From the NCBI GenBank assembly GCA_951812535.1, contig CATOSK010000004.1:277074-301073 (forward strand): a DNA stretch of 24,000 bases, written 5' to 3'. Source of the DNA: an uncultured Dehalococcoidia bacterium (GTDB lineage: Bacteria > Chloroflexota > Dehalococcoidia > Lucifugimonadales > UBA3495). Below are positions 22,906 through 24,000 of this stretch, piece by piece. Numbering within the stretch: position 1 is the first letter of the stretch; every line of letters starts with the position of its first letter. The position numbers and the translations under genes were made by a program. The notes beneath the pieces are model-generated. The model ran no database searches. It had not been told where the DNA came from and saw only the letters and a program-made list of their open reading frames with translations.

Positions 22906-24000
22906 ATGACCGGAAATATCGAGTGTCCAGGCTGCGGGCGGTCGAACGAGCCTGACGGCCGCTTCTGTACCGGGTGCGGGTCAGAGTTGCCCCGGCCTTC
23001 CGGGGGAGAGCCGGACGCCGGTCTCCACCCCGCATCCGAAGGACAAATGGGGGAACTCAGGCAGGAGCTGGCGTCGGTGCGGGAGGAGATGGCGGAGGCG
23101 GGGCAGCTGCTGGGCCGGCTGCAACAGCGGTTGTCCAGGCTGGAGCAAATGACGGCCGGGCGGACGGAACAACCCACGGCCGGACCGGACCCGCAGACGC
23201 AAGCATCCACTCCCGAACCGGCGACTACCGAACCGGCGACTACCGAACCGGCGACTACCGAACCGGCGACTACGGAAGCCAGGGGCCTTATACCCCCGTC
23301 ACCGGAGCCGGCATTGGAGCCGGTTCCAGGGGGAACTAGGGGAGAAGCACCCAGACCCACCGGGATAGGCCGGACACCGGCCGCTGCAACGGCGGCACCC
23401 TCCGGGCCGGGGCCCGGCATTCGCGTCCCGGCCATTGACTGGGAGCAGGTGCTGGGGCGGAACTGGCTGGCAATCATCGGAGGGATTGCCCTGGTGGTGG
23501 GAGTCGGGTTCTTCCTGAAACTGGCCTTCGACAACAACTGGATCGGCGATACGGGACGGGTGCTGCTGGGGGTTGGGCTGGGAGTGATCCTGTTGGGCCT
23601 GGGGGAGTGGTCGCAACGGAAGGTACCGCTGTGGGCGCAGCCCGTGACAGCCAGCGGAGCGATCGTTCTCTACCTGTCGCTGTACGCGGCTTACGGATTG
23701 TATGGGCTGGTCCCGGCCGAAGGGGCGTTTCTCGGCGTCGCGGCAGTGGTCGTGGCGGCGGGCCTGCTGTCCCTGCGCTACGGGTCCATCGTGATCGCAG
23801 TGCTGGGGATCATCGGGGCGTTCCTGGCGCCGGTGCTGCTGGGACGGGACCTGCCGGACATCCGGCTGGTGCTGGTGTACATCCTGCTGGTGGACCTGGG
23901 GATCCTGGGAGTGGCGACCTTCCGCAACTGGCAGTGGTTCACGCTGCTGGGTTGGGCGGGTTCCTACGTGCTGTTCGGGTACTGGCTGGTGGAGTTCCCG
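22906..24000 (+). CDS. Zinc-ribbon / coiled-coil / DUF2339 polytopic membrane protein; 3' end lies outside the window
   Basis: This ORF is absent from the ORF track because it has no stop in the window. My own translation reads MTGNIECPGCGRSNEPDGRFCTGCGSEL (zinc ribbon), then ELRQELASVREEMAEAGQLLGRLQQRLSRLEQ (coiled coil), a Pro/Thr-rich linker, then NWLAIIGGIALVVGVGFFLKLAFDNNWIG (DUF2339 signature) and further TM helices. RBS GGGGAGAGAGG. Confidence 0.85.
   Translation, partial: MTGNIECPGCGRSNEPDGRFCTGCGSELPRPSGGEPDAGLHPASEGQMGELRQELASVREEMAEAGQLLGRLQQRLSRLEQMTAGRTEQPTAGPDPQTQASTPEPATTEPATTEPATTEPATTEARGLIPPSPEPALEPVPGGTRGEAPRPTGIGRTPAAATAAPSGPGPGIRVPAIDWEQVLGRNWLAIIGGIALVVGVGFFLKLAFDNNWIGDTGRVLLGVGLGVILLGLGEWSQRKVPLWAQPVTASGAIVLYLSLYAAYGLYGLVPAEGAFLGVAAVVVAAGLLSLRYGSIVIAVLGIIGAFLAPVLLGRDLPDIRLVLVYILLVDLGILGVATFRNWQWFTLLGWAGSYVLFGYWLVEFP
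23215..23274 (+). repeat. In-frame 15-bp tandem repeat x4 (GAACCGGCGACTACC), encoding EPATT x4
   Basis: The units are 23215-23229, 23230-23244, 23245-23259 and 23260-23274. The first three are identical and the last differs at its final base. Confidence 0.95.

Noticed and set aside
1-24000. Search for mobile elements, prophage genes, tRNA/rRNA, toxin-antitoxin pairs or known multi-gene defence systems.
   Set aside because: I could recognise none of the following:
- transposase, integrase or recombinase motifs
- terminal inverted repeats flanking a block
- cloverleaf-like tRNA sequence in the intergenic regions

The only compositional outliers are the PaREP1-like gene and the spacer at 17716-18021.

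Overview
High-GC prokaryotic chromosomal segment, tightly packed with about 20 protein-coding genes. I could not recognise any rRNA, tRNA, CRISPR array, transposase, integrase, transcription factor or transporter.

The window is dominated by paralogous, catabolic-looking modules:
- Two diverged copies of a minus-strand three-gene operon, DUF1800 -> DUF1501 -> six-bladed NHL propeller. Copy A is 5590-1749 and copy B is 17626-13878. All six proteins lack export signals.
- Two copies of a luciferase-like (LLM) flavin monooxygenase followed by an alpha/beta hydrolase (5939-7871 and 10501-12521). One hydrolase has a Ser nucleophile and the other an epoxide-hydrolase-type Asp.
- An operon of an HpaB-family monooxygenase, a single-domain VOC/extradiol-dioxygenase-like protein and a PaREP1/HEPN-like protein (10290-7905).

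Other genes:
- the 3' part of an arsenite-oxidase-like molybdoenzyme gene (2-1666)
- an MqnA/MqnD-family protein
- a small 2-TM repeat protein
- a hydantoinase/oxoprolinase + DUF917 pair
- the 5' part of a zinc-ribbon/DUF2339 membrane protein gene
- a free-standing 595-aa protein with no family I can recognise (18094-19881), preceded by an unusually long non-coding spacer

The best candidates for something undescribed are the signal-less DUF1800-DUF1501-NHL triads and the 595-aa orphan.

A window-wide signal is the strand-partitioned synonymous codon usage. Minus-strand genes strongly prefer C-ending codons and most plus-strand genes prefer G-ending codons, so the top strand is G-rich at silent sites.

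All family calls rest on motif recognition by eye. No database search was possible.
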